64,000 nt of DNA from Oscillospiraceae bacterium (GTDB lineage: Bacteria; Bacillota; Clostridia; Oscillospirales; JAVBQB01), in NCBI GenBank assembly GCA_963678505.2, contig CAXXFP010000002.1, positions 21,322 to 85,321 on the forward strand, given 5' to 3'. The translations under genes were made by a program, and so were the position numbers. Positions 1 through 16,071 of this stretch are shown here, piece by piece; positions within the stretch are counted from its first letter, which is position 1, and every line of letters starts with the position of its first letter. The notes under the pieces are model-generated. The model had not been told where the DNA came from and ran no database searches. It saw nothing but the letters and a program-made list of their open reading frames with translations.

Positions 1-170
1 TCCTTGCCGGTCTTTTCCTTAATGATATCAAATGCACCGTAAACGACCTTCTGAGCCACGCCTTTTTTTCCATCGTACATCACGCCGTTTATTAACTTCG
101 TGACGAGCTTTGAATTATAAAGCGGGTCCGAAAGGACTTCCCTTATGGGAACAAATCCTCTTCTGGGCAC
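1..170 (-). CDS. rpsG: 30S ribosomal protein S7, N-terminal part (gene continues beyond window start)
   Basis: Reverse-strand translation from GTG at 168-170 gives [56 protein letters not shown], the conserved S7 N-terminus. GGAGGG lies 7 nt upstream. It follows rpsL as in the str operon. Confidence 0.9.
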   Translation of the reverse strand, partial: MPRRGFVPIREVLSDPLYNSKLVTKLINGVMYDGKKGVAQKVVYGAFDIIKEKTGK

Positions 171-288
171 TATGCTTCCCTCCTTCACAGTATGATTTCA
201 TAGGTACTTGAAAGCGTGCCCGCTTCCATGTGTGCCCTGTCGAGGCTGTATTTAAACCTGACAGGACAGTGTCCTGGGTTATTCGCTT

Positions 289-720
289 TTATTTACCGGT
301 CTTTGCGCCGGCCTTGGGCTTCTTCGCGCCGTACTTGGAACGGCTCTGCTTACGCCCGGTGACGCCCTGCGTATCGAGTGTGCCGCGAATGATATGATAC
401 CTTGCGCCAGGCAGATCCTTAACGCGCCCGCCGCGGATCATGACCACCGAATGCTCCTGCAGGTTGTGTCCGATGCCCGGAATATAGGCGGTTACCTCAA
501 TGCCGTTTGACAGACGCACACGCGCAATCTTACGAAGCGCGGAGTTCGGCTTTTTCGGCGTGGCGGTCCTGACTGCGGTGCAAACGCCTCTCTTTTGGGG
601 AGCGGACAGGTCCGTGGCCTGGTTTTTCAGGGTGTTTAAGCCCTTCTGCATCGCGGGGGCCTTTGACTTGTAGGCAACTTTTTCGCGGCCGTGTTTAACC
701 AGCTGATTAAAAGTCGGCAT
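289..720 (-). CDS. rpsL: 30S ribosomal protein S12
   Basis: The ORF 289-771 contains [14 protein letters not shown]...[17 protein letters not shown]...[10 protein letters not shown], canonical S12. I chose the ATG at 718-720, which is preceded by AGGAGG. Confidence 0.95.
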   Translation of the reverse strand: MPTFNQLVKHGREKVAYKSKAPAMQKGLNTLKNQATDLSAPQKRGVCTAVRTATPKKPNSALRKIARVRLSNGIEVTAYIPGIGHNLQEHSVVMIRGGRVKDLPGARYHIIRGTLDTQGVTGRKQSRSKYGAKKPKAGAKTGK

Positions 721-810
721 GCTTTTCCTCCTTTCACATAACATTATATTTTCCCGGAATATGTCAGACATATTCCGTAAAAACCAATGGATACCCGGGC
801 TGTGCCCATT

Positions 811-1053
811 TTACCGGACAGTTACCGCAATCGCGGCGCCCACTTCGATGCCGCAGACCTGCCCAAGCTCATGCATGGTGGGCACCGTCTCAACCGGCAC
901 TCCTGTCTGGGCGCATAGCTCCATAAGCTGCTGCCTGATGCGGCCTTCCGTGTCAAGGGCAATAAAAGCCTTGACCGCCGCACCCTCAGTGACGGCTCTG
1001 CGCGACTGCTTTATGCCCACAACCTTTTTTTGTGTGGATAATTCACTGAGCAT
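811..1053 (-). CDS. Ribosomal protein L7Ae-like (YbxF-type), 80 aa
   Basis: MLSELSTQKKVVGIKQSRRAVTEGAAVKAFIALD... lies between rpoC and rpsL, as B. subtilis ybxF does. The ATG at 1051-1053 is preceded by GGAGG. Confidence 0.8.
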   Translation of the reverse strand: MLSELSTQKKVVGIKQSRRAVTEGAAVKAFIALDTEGRIRQQLMELCAQTGVPVETVPTMHELGQVCGIEVGAAIAVTVR

Positions 1054-1189
1054 TTTTACCTCCGTTTTGTTCAGGAGCGGGTTTTTCAGGCCAAAGGCCG
1101 CGGCAAACACCCGCCTGCACGCCGCCCGCCGGCATAATCGAAAAACGGCCGCATCCTTCAAACGTCAACAATGCTTCGCACAAGCGTGT

Positions 1190-1218
1190 ATTTTATCATT
1201 ATTACGCGCAATTGTCAA
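1190..1218 (-). promoter_or_regulatory. Sigma-A type promoter for L7Ae-rpsL-rpsG (TTGACA-17-TAAAAT)
   Basis: Minus-strand TTGACA at 1213-1218 and TAAAAT at 1190-1195 with 17-nt spacing, about 135 nt upstream of the L7Ae start. Confidence 0.5.
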
Positions 1219-1301
1219 ACCGTCAAATCAACCAAACCTTTTCGGTCTGCCGGGGCGATCGTACACAAACGCATCGGTTACGCATCAAACGCACCGGAAA
1301 C

Positions 1302-4850
<3,549 letters not shown>

Positions 4851-4900
4851 AAGCCTGCTCTCCTTTTCAAAGTTGTTGTTTTAGAAAAAACAAGCTTCCA

Positions 4901-8635
<3,735 letters not shown>

Positions 8636-8857
8636 CAACTTATCACTCCGTTTCAAAATTCGGTGGTTTTGGCAAATTTATCTGTTAAACCGGCGGCGCG
8701 TTCCCCGCCCTGGTAATTCCCGCTCGGAAAATATCGCCATGTGCGACACGCCCGGCGCGGTTGTGTGATTTTGGCTTTTCACTCTTGCGTGAAATATTGT
8801 CCGGTGCTATAATTAGAAAAAACATGCCGGTGCCCATTCATAATGAGACAAGTTAGA

Positions 8858-8886
8858 ATTGTACCACAGTTTTGTAAACTTGTCAA
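8858..8886 (-). promoter_or_regulatory. Promoter for rpoBC (TTGACA-17-TACAAT with TG extension)
   Basis: Minus-strand TTGACA at 8881-8886 and TGGTACAAT ending at 8858. This gives a leader of about 215 nt before rpoB. Confidence 0.55.
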
Positions 8887-9026
8887 CAAATCCCGTTTAG
8901 ATTTTTTTGTCCGCTTTTGCGGGCGTTTTTTTGTTTTTGAAGAAAAATAACGCATGCGCATATTACCGCGCCCCACGTGTCCCGCCGGGGCGCATCCGCG
9001 TATCTATCCGGCCGGTCAAATAGCTG

Positions 9027-9055
9027 TTGACAAAACGACGGGATGTCTCTATAAT
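9027..9055 (+). promoter_or_regulatory. Promoter for tRNA-Leu (TTGACA-17-TATAAT)
   Basis: Perfect consensus hexamers at 9027-9032 and 9050-9055 with 17-nt spacing, about 40 nt upstream of the tRNA. Confidence 0.65.
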
Positions 9056-9096
9056 AAACACTGCGCATAAACAGAAAATGAACTATACTCCCCTAT

Positions 9097-9183
9097 GCGG
9101 TCGTGGCGGAATCGGCAGACGCACTACTTTGAGGGGGTAGCGGACGTAAGTCTGTGCGGGTTCAAGTCCCGCCGACCGCACCA
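9097..9183 (+). tRNA. tRNA-Leu, anticodon GAG, encoded CCA
   Basis: Acceptor stem GCGGTCG/CGACCGC. Anticodon stem CTACT/GGTAG with loop TTGAGGG (anticodon GAG). Long variable arm. T-arm GCGGG-TTCAAGT-CCCGC. Discriminator A followed by CCA. Confidence 0.9.
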
Positions 9184-9184
9184 A

Positions 9185-9219
9185 AAAGAAAGAACAGGCT
9201 TTGCCTGTTCTTTCTTTTT
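9185..9219 (+). terminator. Intrinsic terminator after tRNA-Leu
   Basis: The GAAAGAACAGG/CCTGTTCTTTC stem is followed by a T-run. Confidence 0.8.
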
Positions 9220-9474
9220 GGGTTTCGCGTCCTTCGGGCGCTCCACCCGTTTTATTTAACATCCCCGGCGGAAGTGAATTCCGCCTGCAGCGAGGTTTTG
9301 GCCTCAGGCCAAAACGCTTATGACGCCGCACTCGCGGCGTCACAAGCGTCGGGAATCTTTTTTCACTATTGTACCAGAGAATTTTATCGAAAGAAGTTGA
9401 TTCTGAAATGAGTCGACTTTTTTTACTTTGTATGGCACAATCAAATAGGAAATATTTGGTTAAGGAGAGTACGC

Positions 9475-9987
9475 ATGAACAGAATGATTACAGAGACCCT
9501 GCGAAATCAATTTGACTCTACATTTCATATGGTGCGTGTTCTTGTCAAAGTTTGTCCAAATGAAATCTGGGCGGCATCCTATAATGAAGTTCCATTTTGG
9601 CAGCAGGTCTTTCACTATGTCTATTTTATTGATTTCTGGATGCGCGAAAGGTATGATGACAGTGAATGGCGTACAATGATTTTTGATGATGCCTATACCA
9701 CCGATTTGTATGCGGACAGCTATGAAGGTTTGTTTATTTCAAGAGAAAAAATGATGGAGTATCTTCAGGCAATTCAAACGAAAACTACTCGAATCTTTGA
9801 TAATCTCAATGATAAAAAACTGAGTGCTTCGGTTTATAAAAATGACCCACAGTATACTTATACAGATGTGATTCTTGGTCAAATAAGGCATGTCATGTAT
9901 AACATTGGCTACCTCAACGGCATACTTCGAGAGTTAGGGCTGCCTGAATCAGATTGGTACGCTTATAATGAACCGGAAGGTTCTTAA
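9475..9987 (+). CDS. DinB-family (DinB_2-like four-helix bundle) protein
   Basis: 170 aa of the size and pattern of DinB-superfamily proteins (IWAASYNEVPFWQQVFHYVYFIDFW ... GQIRHVMYNIGYLNG). GGAG lies upstream. The gene sits in a visibly AT-richer segment. Confidence 0.6.
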   Translation: MNRMITETLRNQFDSTFHMVRVLVKVCPNEIWAASYNEVPFWQQVFHYVYFIDFWMRERYDDSEWRTMIFDDAYTTDLYADSYEGLFISREKMMEYLQAIQTKTTRIFDNLNDKKLSASVYKNDPQYTYTDVILGQIRHVMYNIGYLNGILRELGLPESDWYAYNEPEGS

Positions 9988-10181
9988 CCAAAATCCCTGA
10001 AATATGAATTTACTGCGAATAAAGCAGGGGCATCTATATTCACCCAGCCTTCCAGAAGAAACCATGCGTCAGGCTTTAAACCCGTACATGGTTTTTTTAT
10101 GTTTTGGGCAGTGTAATGCAAATACGGACTGCGGACAGACAATAATATAAAAAGCTTTGATAATATCCACAATTTTAAGAG

Positions 10182-10215
10182 GAGCCTCAGCAAAGCGAAC
10201 GCTTTGCTGAGGCTC
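10182..10215. terminator. Bidirectional hairpin between the DinB-like gene and mgsA
   Basis: 16-bp perfect stem GAGCCTCAGCAAAGCG/CGCTTTGCTGAGGCTC with T-rich flanks, between convergent genes. Confidence 0.6.
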
Positions 10216-10223
10216 TGGTATTT

Positions 10224-10712
10224 TTAAGTCTGGTCTTCCATGAGCTCTTTGAGCCGATTCTGCATAATGGCGTTATAATTGAGGACGCGGCGCTCGTATT
10301 CCATGCTCATATATTTTGAAGTAAGCATGAAGTCCGCCGTGGCGCGGTTATTTGCAATGGGTACGTCATACACCGCGGCAATGCGAAGCAGCGCCTTGAC
10401 GTCCGGATCATGCGGCTGCGCTTCCAGCGGATCCCAGAAAAATACGACAAAATCGACCCGTCCCTCGACGATACGGGTTCCGATCTGCAGATCTCCCCCC
10501 AGCGGGCCGCTGTTGTAGGCGACGACGGGGAGATTCGTTTTCTCGGCAATCAACCGGGCGGTCGTGCCCGTGCCGCACAGAAAATGGCTTTTGAGAATGT
10601 CCTGGTTTTCCTGCACCCACTCCAACAGGTCGCCCTTTTTCTTGTCGTGCGCAATCAGCGCAATATGCTTTTGCCTGCCGATGGTAAAGTTGATATATTT
10701 ATCCTCGACCAT
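10224..10712 (-). CDS. mgsA: Methylglyoxal synthase
   Basis: IALIAHDKKKGDLLEWV...LCGTGTTARLI...GPLGGDLQIG...VVFFWDPLEAQPHDPDVKALLRIA matches the MgsA family. Confidence 0.9.
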   Translation of the reverse strand: MVEDKYINFTIGRQKHIALIAHDKKKGDLLEWVQENQDILKSHFLCGTGTTARLIAEKTNLPVVAYNSGPLGGDLQIGTRIVEGRVDFVVFFWDPLEAQPHDPDVKALLRIAAVYDVPIANNRATADFMLTSKYMSMEYERRVLNYNAIMQNRLKELMEDQT

Positions 10713-11143
10713 GTTTCTTCACTCCCCGTATTATGCTGTATTACAGGCCCGACGCCTGCGAATAGGCAGCCGGACAGATAACCCGCTGGAATACCCGGGT
10801 TGCGCCGCTGTGCGCCCTGTTTTTACACGAATGCATCACATGCCGCATGGTATAAAGGCGGTGAAGTGCCTGTGCCCCGTTTTTATGCCGGTTTCCATTT
10901 ATGCGATCATTATGGGAAACCTGCACGCATCTAAAATGGCCCCGCTTTTACCTGCCGGTAAACCGCCGAAAGCTTTTATTTTTTCGCTGCGCCCGATTCT
11001 GTTTTTATTTTACAGGATTTTGCAATAAAATACAAATGCATGATGAACCCCTCTTAAACATTTCATATACTGTTTATGCCGCGCGCCGGCCTTGACGCGC
11101 CGTTTTGCCCGGTGCAAAAAACATTTATTAAGGAGATGGGCGC

Positions 11144-12067
11144 ATGCCCGCTTTCGCGGCTCATTATCTGCTTGCCAAAGATGCGAAAAAGCTTGTACAG
11201 GGGAGCCCGCTTGGCATTATCCTCGAAGAAAAACATCAGGCGTTTTTCTGGGGCGCGCAAGGCCCCGATATTTTCATGTATTGCAGTTTCCTTCCGTCAG
11301 GCGCAAAGATACGCCGATTATCCCGTTTGCTCCACGCGGGCAGTGCGCCACAGCTGCTGCGCGCCATCGCGCAGCATACCTTTGCACAGGAAGCGGATGA
11401 ACCGTATCTGCTCTGCGTCGCGTACCTTGCCGGCTTCCTGTGTCATTACTGCCTGGACAGCGCCGCGCACCCGTATGTGTTTTTTCACGAACGCGCGCTT
11501 GAAGCCCTGTATCCCCGCGCAAGCGCGTCCGCGCGCCATACGCTTATCGAAGCCGAGCTTGATACGCTGCTGTGCGCGCGCAGGCAAACAGGCGGCCTGT
11601 CCCGCTTCCCCGCCTATGAAGCAAGCGCCTATGACGGCGCGCTCATCGACGCAGTTTATAAGCTCTACCGCGCGGTGCTTTCAGACCCGGACAAGCAAAC
11701 GCTCACAAAAAAACGGATGACCCGCTGTTTTCGGGATGCACGCGGACTCTTAGCCCTGCTGTTTTCAAATAACCCCGCGGTTTTAGCCGCTGCCCGGATG
11801 CTCGAGCGCGCCGCGAACAGACCGCTTTCATTTTCGGCCCATATGCGCCCGGTCAAAGCGGACGCCGCGTGGCTCAATGAATCGCGAAAGCCGTGGCACA
11901 ACCTGCGCCAGCCTGATGTGCCGCGCACGGATACCTTTATGGAGCTGTATGAACGCGCGCTGCGCCGGTCCGGGCGCATGCTCACCGCGCTTGACTTTGC
12001 GCTGACGTCTCGCTCGGTTCCCGATTTCGGCGCGGATGCCCCTTTTAACGACGGCAGCGGCCGCTAA
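11144..12067 (+). CDS. Zinc-dependent phospholipase C-like family protein (function unknown)
   Basis: 307 aa. His-rich motifs (AAHYLLA, LCHYCLDSAAHPYVF) resemble the PLC-like Zn-hydrolase family common in Clostridia. AGGAGA lies upstream. Confidence 0.5.
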   Translation: MPAFAAHYLLAKDAKKLVQGSPLGIILEEKHQAFFWGAQGPDIFMYCSFLPSGAKIRRLSRLLHAGSAPQLLRAIAQHTFAQEADEPYLLCVAYLAGFLCHYCLDSAAHPYVFFHERALEALYPRASASARHTLIEAELDTLLCARRQTGGLSRFPAYEASAYDGALIDAVYKLYRAVLSDPDKQTLTKKRMTRCFRDARGLLALLFSNNPAVLAAARMLERAANRPLSFSAHMRPVKADAAWLNESRKPWHNLRQPDVPRTDTFMELYERALRRSGRMLTALDFALTSRSVPDFGADAPFNDGSGR

Positions 12068-12154
12068 ACGAACACGCCTTGCACGAAGTAAACACGTGAA
12101 ATACTTGGCAGCCGCACCTCGCGGATTGTCTTCCCATAAAAACCATGCTGTTTT

Positions 12155-12196
12155 AAGAGGGCTGCTGCGAAACCGGCGTTTCACAGCAGCCCTCTT
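12155..12196. terminator. Long hairpin between convergent genes (putative terminator)
   Basis: 13-bp stem AAGAGGGCTGCTG/CAGCAGCCCTCTT with a 16-nt loop. There is no strong U-run on either strand. Confidence 0.4.
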
Positions 12197-12226
12197 AGAA
12201 AATTAAAATATAACCGACCCGAACCG

Positions 12227-13123
12227 TCACACGGAGCAGCCCTTTTGCGGATCCTCGTGCGGCGTATCCGGGTTAATGTGCACCACCACATCGGCAATCT
12301 CACGGTGATCAAGCAGCTGCGCGCGTATCGTGCCGGCAATGGTATGCCCTTCAAGCACAGACAGCGCGCCCGGCACGGATACCTTAACAATGATTATGTA
12401 CCGCGCCCCGACCGGCTTGGAACGGATGGAGTCGATGTGCAGCACGTTGGGAATACTCAGAATATGCTCGCGCAAATGATCGACCACTTTAGGGTCGAGA
12501 ATCGTATCCATCAGCACAAGCAGGGATGCCCGAAGCAGCTTGAAGCCCGTAAACATCAGCCAGACAGAAATCAGAAGGCCGACCACGCCGTCAAGCCACC
12601 ACAGCCCCACAAGCCCGCCGAACACGCCGATAAGCATGCCCGCGGACACAAACATGTCGTTTCGGTGATCCTCCGCGTTTGCAAGGATGAGCAGGCTGTT
12701 GTACTCCTTGCCCATTTTGTTGGTTATAAAAAACAGCGTGCCCTTGACCGCTATCGTCACCACGGCAACAACCGGAAGCAGCGGAGAGTAGAAAAAGCCA
12801 TGTTTTGAGATCAGCGACTCAACCGCCCCCGTGGCCACATACCCGCCCACGCCGAAAATCAGAAGCCCAATGGCGGCGGAAGCCAGATATTCCGCTTTGC
12901 CGTGCCCAAACGGATGGTCACCGTCGGCTGGCTTTCCGGCCACGCGGCTGCCAACGAGGGTAATAAAAGAAGCCAGCACGTCGCCCAGGCTATTAAATCC
13001 GTCGGCGATCATGCCCTGGCTTTTAAACAAAAAGCCAACCGTGAGCTTTGCAAGCAGCAGGCAGAAATTGGCCAGCATGCCGATTGCGGCAATTTTCTGC
13101 CCCGCCTGATATCGCTTTTCCAT
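12227..13123 (-). CDS. Cation diffusion facilitator (CDF) family metal efflux transporter
   Basis: Typical CDF N-terminus and TM pattern (IADGFNSLGDVLAS...HPFGHGKAEYLAS) plus a C-terminal cytoplasmic domain. Confidence 0.85.
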   Translation of the reverse strand: MEKRYQAGQKIAAIGMLANFCLLLAKLTVGFLFKSQGMIADGFNSLGDVLASFITLVGSRVAGKPADGDHPFGHGKAEYLASAAIGLLIFGVGGYVATGAVESLISKHGFFYSPLLPVVAVVTIAVKGTLFFITNKMGKEYNSLLILANAEDHRNDMFVSAGMLIGVFGGLVGLWWLDGVVGLLISVWLMFTGFKLLRASLLVLMDTILDPKVVDHLREHILSIPNVLHIDSIRSKPVGARYIIIVKVSVPGALSVLEGHTIAGTIRAQLLDHREIADVVVHINPDTPHEDPQKGCSV

Positions 13124-15702
13124 TATTTTTCCTCCCCCCGTTTCCAGAGCATACGGGTAAAACTTTTCAGCAGTTCAATAAACATAAGCATCCCGATACA
13201 CAGACCCAGAACAATGCCATATTGCACCAGGGACGGCGCCGCAAGCCCAAACAGCTCCCGCAAAGGCGAAACAAGCACCACAATCATCTGAAGCGCAGCC
13301 GAACCGAACAAAGCAATCCACAGCGCGCGATGCTGCCCTGCCTTCATTGTAAATACGCTGTGCCGCTCGCTCTGAAAACCGAGTGTTGCAAAAAGCTGCG
13401 TAAGCGACAGGGTGAGAAAGGCCATGGTCATGCCAAGCTCCGGCGAGGCATAAACTCTTGCCCCCACGATAAACGCCGCAAGCGTCAGCAGAGCTTCCGC
13501 CGCACCCACGCAAAGAATGCGCAGCCAGTCGCCGCCCGTCAGAAACGCCGTCTTTTTATCGCGCGGCGAACGCTGCATGATGTCGTTTTCTGCCGGCTCA
13601 ACGCCAAGCGCGAGCGCGGGGAAGGTATCCGTCACAAGATTTATCCAAAGGATGTGTACCGGCGCCAGCATCCGCCAGCCCAAAAGCGTGGCCACCAGCA
13701 CCGCGATGACCTCTCCGGCGTTGGAGGAAAGTAAAAACTTTGCGGTTTTATGGATGTTATCGTAAATGCGCCGCCCCTCGCCCACCGCGGTGACGATGGT
13801 GGCAAAATTATCATCGGTGAGCACCATATCCGACGCACCCTTTGATACGTCCGTACCGGTAATGCCCATGCCGACGCCGATATCGGCTTTTTTAAGCGCG
13901 GGCGCGTCATTGACTCCGTCGCCCGTCATGGCAACGACCTTTCCGCGGCGCTGCCACGCCTCGACGATGCGTGTTTTATGTTCGGGCGCAACGCGCGCAT
14001 ACACGCCGATGCCTTCTATATCGGCGTCGAGAGCCGCGTCGTCCATCTGTTCAAGCTCGGCTCCGGTGAGAGCCCGGCGTCCGTCGGACAGGATGCCCAG
14101 CGACTGCGCGACGGCTACCGCAGTCGCCTTGTGGTCGCCTGTTATCATCACCGGCAGGATCCCTGCCGCGCGGCAGGTTCTGATCGCCTCAGCCGCTTCG
14201 GCGCGCGGCGGGTCGATCATGCCCACAAGCCCGATAAAGATCAGCTCCGACTCCGTGCCTTCCACATCCCGCGTATCGACCGTTTCCACGTCCTTATATG
14301 CAAAAGCAAGCACGCGCAGCGCCTTTTCCGCCATTTCATCGTTTTCCCGCTCGATGCGCGCGCGCATGTCGTCATCGAGCAGGCACCGGGTAATGAGCAC
14401 GTCGGGCGCGCCCTTGACAAAAATGCGAAGCCCGCCCTGCTTTAGCCCGACCGCCACGGAAGAACGCTTTCTCTGCGAATCAAACGGGATCTCTCCCGCT
14501 CGCGTGCGCCCGCGCAGGGCGTCCGTGCTCCAGTGACCGTTTTGCAAAAGATAGTCGATGAGCGCCGTTTCCGTCGGGTCGCCCAGAGCCTTATCCTTTT
14601 TGCTTAAGCGTGAATCGTTGCAGTGGCCCATGGCCTGCCACAAAAGCGGTTCATCATCCGTCCGGACGCTTTTGACCGTCATCCGGTTTTCCGTCAGTGT
14701 ACCGGTCTTATCCGAACAGATGACCTGCGTAGAGCCCAGCGTTTCCACCGCGGGCAGACGGCGGATAATGGCGCCGCGCTGCGCCATGCGCCCCATGCCC
14801 ATGGCCAGTACAATGGTGATGACCGCCACAAGCCCTTCCGGAATGGCGGCGACCGCCAGCGACACGGCGGTCAGGAACATATCAAAAAGCTCACGTCCGC
14901 TTAAAAGTCCGATCGCAAAAATCAGTGCCGCCACAATCAGAACGCCGATAGAGAGTATATTTGATATCTGATTGAGCTTTTGGCTTAAAGGCGTTGTTTC
15001 CTTTTGCGCCGCACCGAGCTGGGCGGCAATTTTACCCACCTGGGTCTCCATGCCGGTGCTCACCACGACGCCCGACGCGCGCCCGTAGGCGGCGGACGTC
15101 GCCATATACGCCATGTTTGTACGGTCTCCGATGGCGGCGCCGGCATCACCGACCGGCTTTGTATCCTTATCAACAGGCACCGACTCCCCGGTCAGCGCCG
15201 ATTCCTCCACCTTCAGGGATGCGCATTCAAAAAGGCGTATATCCGCCGGTATCAGGTCGCCCGCCTCAATGAGCACAACGTCGCCCGGTACCAGCAGTGC
15301 TGCCGGTACGATGTGCAATACGCCGTCGCGCACCACGCGCGCCATGGGGGCCACCATATTTTTAAGTGCCTCAAGCGCCGCTTCCGCGCGGCTTTCCTGT
15401 ACGGTGCCCATGACCGCATTGAGGATAACGACAAACAGGATGATGCCGCAGTCCACCCATTCACCCAAAAAGGCGGAAATCACCGCAGCGGCAATCAGAA
15501 CCCATATCATAAAATCCGCAAACTGCGCCAGAAAAATGGCAAACACCGATTTGCGCTTGCCCTCTTTAAGCTTGTTTTGACCAACTTGCGCAAGCCGTGC
15601 CTGCGCTTCGGCCGGGCTGAGCCCCTCCGGACTTGATTCAAGTTTTGAAAAAGCCTCGTTCATTGCCAGCGTATGCCACGCAGCGTTATAATCACTTTGC
15701 AC
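13123..15702 (-). CDS. P-type ATPase, Ca2+-type (P2A/PMCA-SERCA-like)
   Basis: Motifs DKTGTLT, IPEGL in TM4, TGDHKATA and GDGVNDAPALKKADIGV. I prefer the GTG at 15700-15702 with GGAGG 7 nt upstream. An ATG at 15663 is an alternative start. Confidence 0.9.
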   Translation of the reverse strand: MQSDYNAAWHTLAMNEAFSKLESSPEGLSPAEAQARLAQVGQNKLKEGKRKSVFAIFLAQFADFMIWVLIAAAVISAFLGEWVDCGIILFVVILNAVMGTVQESRAEAALEALKNMVAPMARVVRDGVLHIVPAALLVPGDVVLIEAGDLIPADIRLFECASLKVEESALTGESVPVDKDTKPVGDAGAAIGDRTNMAYMATSAAYGRASGVVVSTGMETQVGKIAAQLGAAQKETTPLSQKLNQISNILSIGVLIVAALIFAIGLLSGRELFDMFLTAVSLAVAAIPEGLVAVITIVLAMGMGRMAQRGAIIRRLPAVETLGSTQVICSDKTGTLTENRMTVKSVRTDDEPLLWQAMGHCNDSRLSKKDKALGDPTETALIDYLLQNGHWSTDALRGRTRAGEIPFDSQRKRSSVAVGLKQGGLRIFVKGAPDVLITRCLLDDDMRARIERENDEMAEKALRVLAFAYKDVETVDTRDVEGTESELIFIGLVGMIDPPRAEAAEAIRTCRAAGILPVMITGDHKATAVAVAQSLGILSDGRRALTGAELEQMDDAALDADIEGIGVYARVAPEHKTRIVEAWQRRGKVVAMTGDGVNDAPALKKADIGVGMGITGTDVSKGASDMVLTDDNFATIVTAVGEGRRIYDNIHKTAKFLLSSNAGEVIAVLVATLLGWRMLAPVHILWINLVTDTFPALALGVEPAENDIMQRSPRDKKTAFLTGGDWLRILCVGAAEALLTLAAFIVGARVYASPELGMTMAFLTLSLTQLFATLGFQSERHSVFTMKAGQHRALWIALFGSAALQMIVVLVSPLRELFGLAAPSLVQYGIVLGLCIGMLMFIELLKSFTRMLWKRGEEK

Positions 15703-15911
15703 GGCCGATCCTCCCCTGACCCTTATTCGGGTGTACTTACGCAACCGCTCTGTATCTTATCGACGCTATAGCTTTTTTTGCCCGTACATTCTTACTATAT
15801 GCATGTGATCGCTACAAAAACATCCTTTATTTGCCGCTGACGGCGTAGTTCGGTCGAATAATATGCAATCGCGCGTATAGAGGGGAACTTCCGCTGTTTC
15901 AATATGGGTAT

Positions 15912-15956
15912 AAAAAAACAAGACCCCCAACCGCAGAAAACGGATTACAGGTCTTG
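15912..15956 (-). terminator. Intrinsic terminator-like hairpin plus U7 run upstream of the ATPase operon
   Basis: On the minus strand, CAAGACC...GGTCTTG is followed by TTTTTTT (plus-strand A-run at 15912-15918). Confidence 0.55.
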
Positions 15957-16065
15957 CACATCACTTAGATTCCGCACCCGGACGCACCACGCCGGAATGC
16001 CGGGAACGTTGGCTCTTTCCAAGCCCGCTGCCTGATTTAAAGGCAACCTGAGTATGCTTGACATC
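15957..16065 (-). ncRNA. Candidate structured leader or small RNA between the promoter at 16072-16100 and the terminator at 15912-15956
   Basis: About 110 nt with hairpins TGCCT/AGGCA, GGCTT-GGAAA-GAGCC and CCCGG...CCGGG. There is no RBS-preceded ORF. I did not recognise its class. Confidence 0.35.
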
Positions 16066-16071
16066 AAATTT

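Noticed and set aside
9083-9411. ORFs 9083-9343 (minus) and 9154-9411 (plus) overlapping the tRNA-Leu locus.
   Set aside because: They overlap a well-formed tRNA, its terminator and GC hairpins, and have no coding features.
9345-10180. Calling the low-GC islet a mobile element.
   Set aside because: I could find no integrase, transposase, inverted terminal repeats or duplicated tRNA 3' end. I report it only as a compositionally deviant insertion.
15945-16062. A 39-codon ORF (MSSILRLPLNQAAG...) inside the candidate leader RNA.
   Set aside because: It has no Shine-Dalgarno sequence. The ATG lies about 8 nt from the predicted transcription start. The peptide has no distinguishing features. It cannot be fully excluded as a leader peptide.
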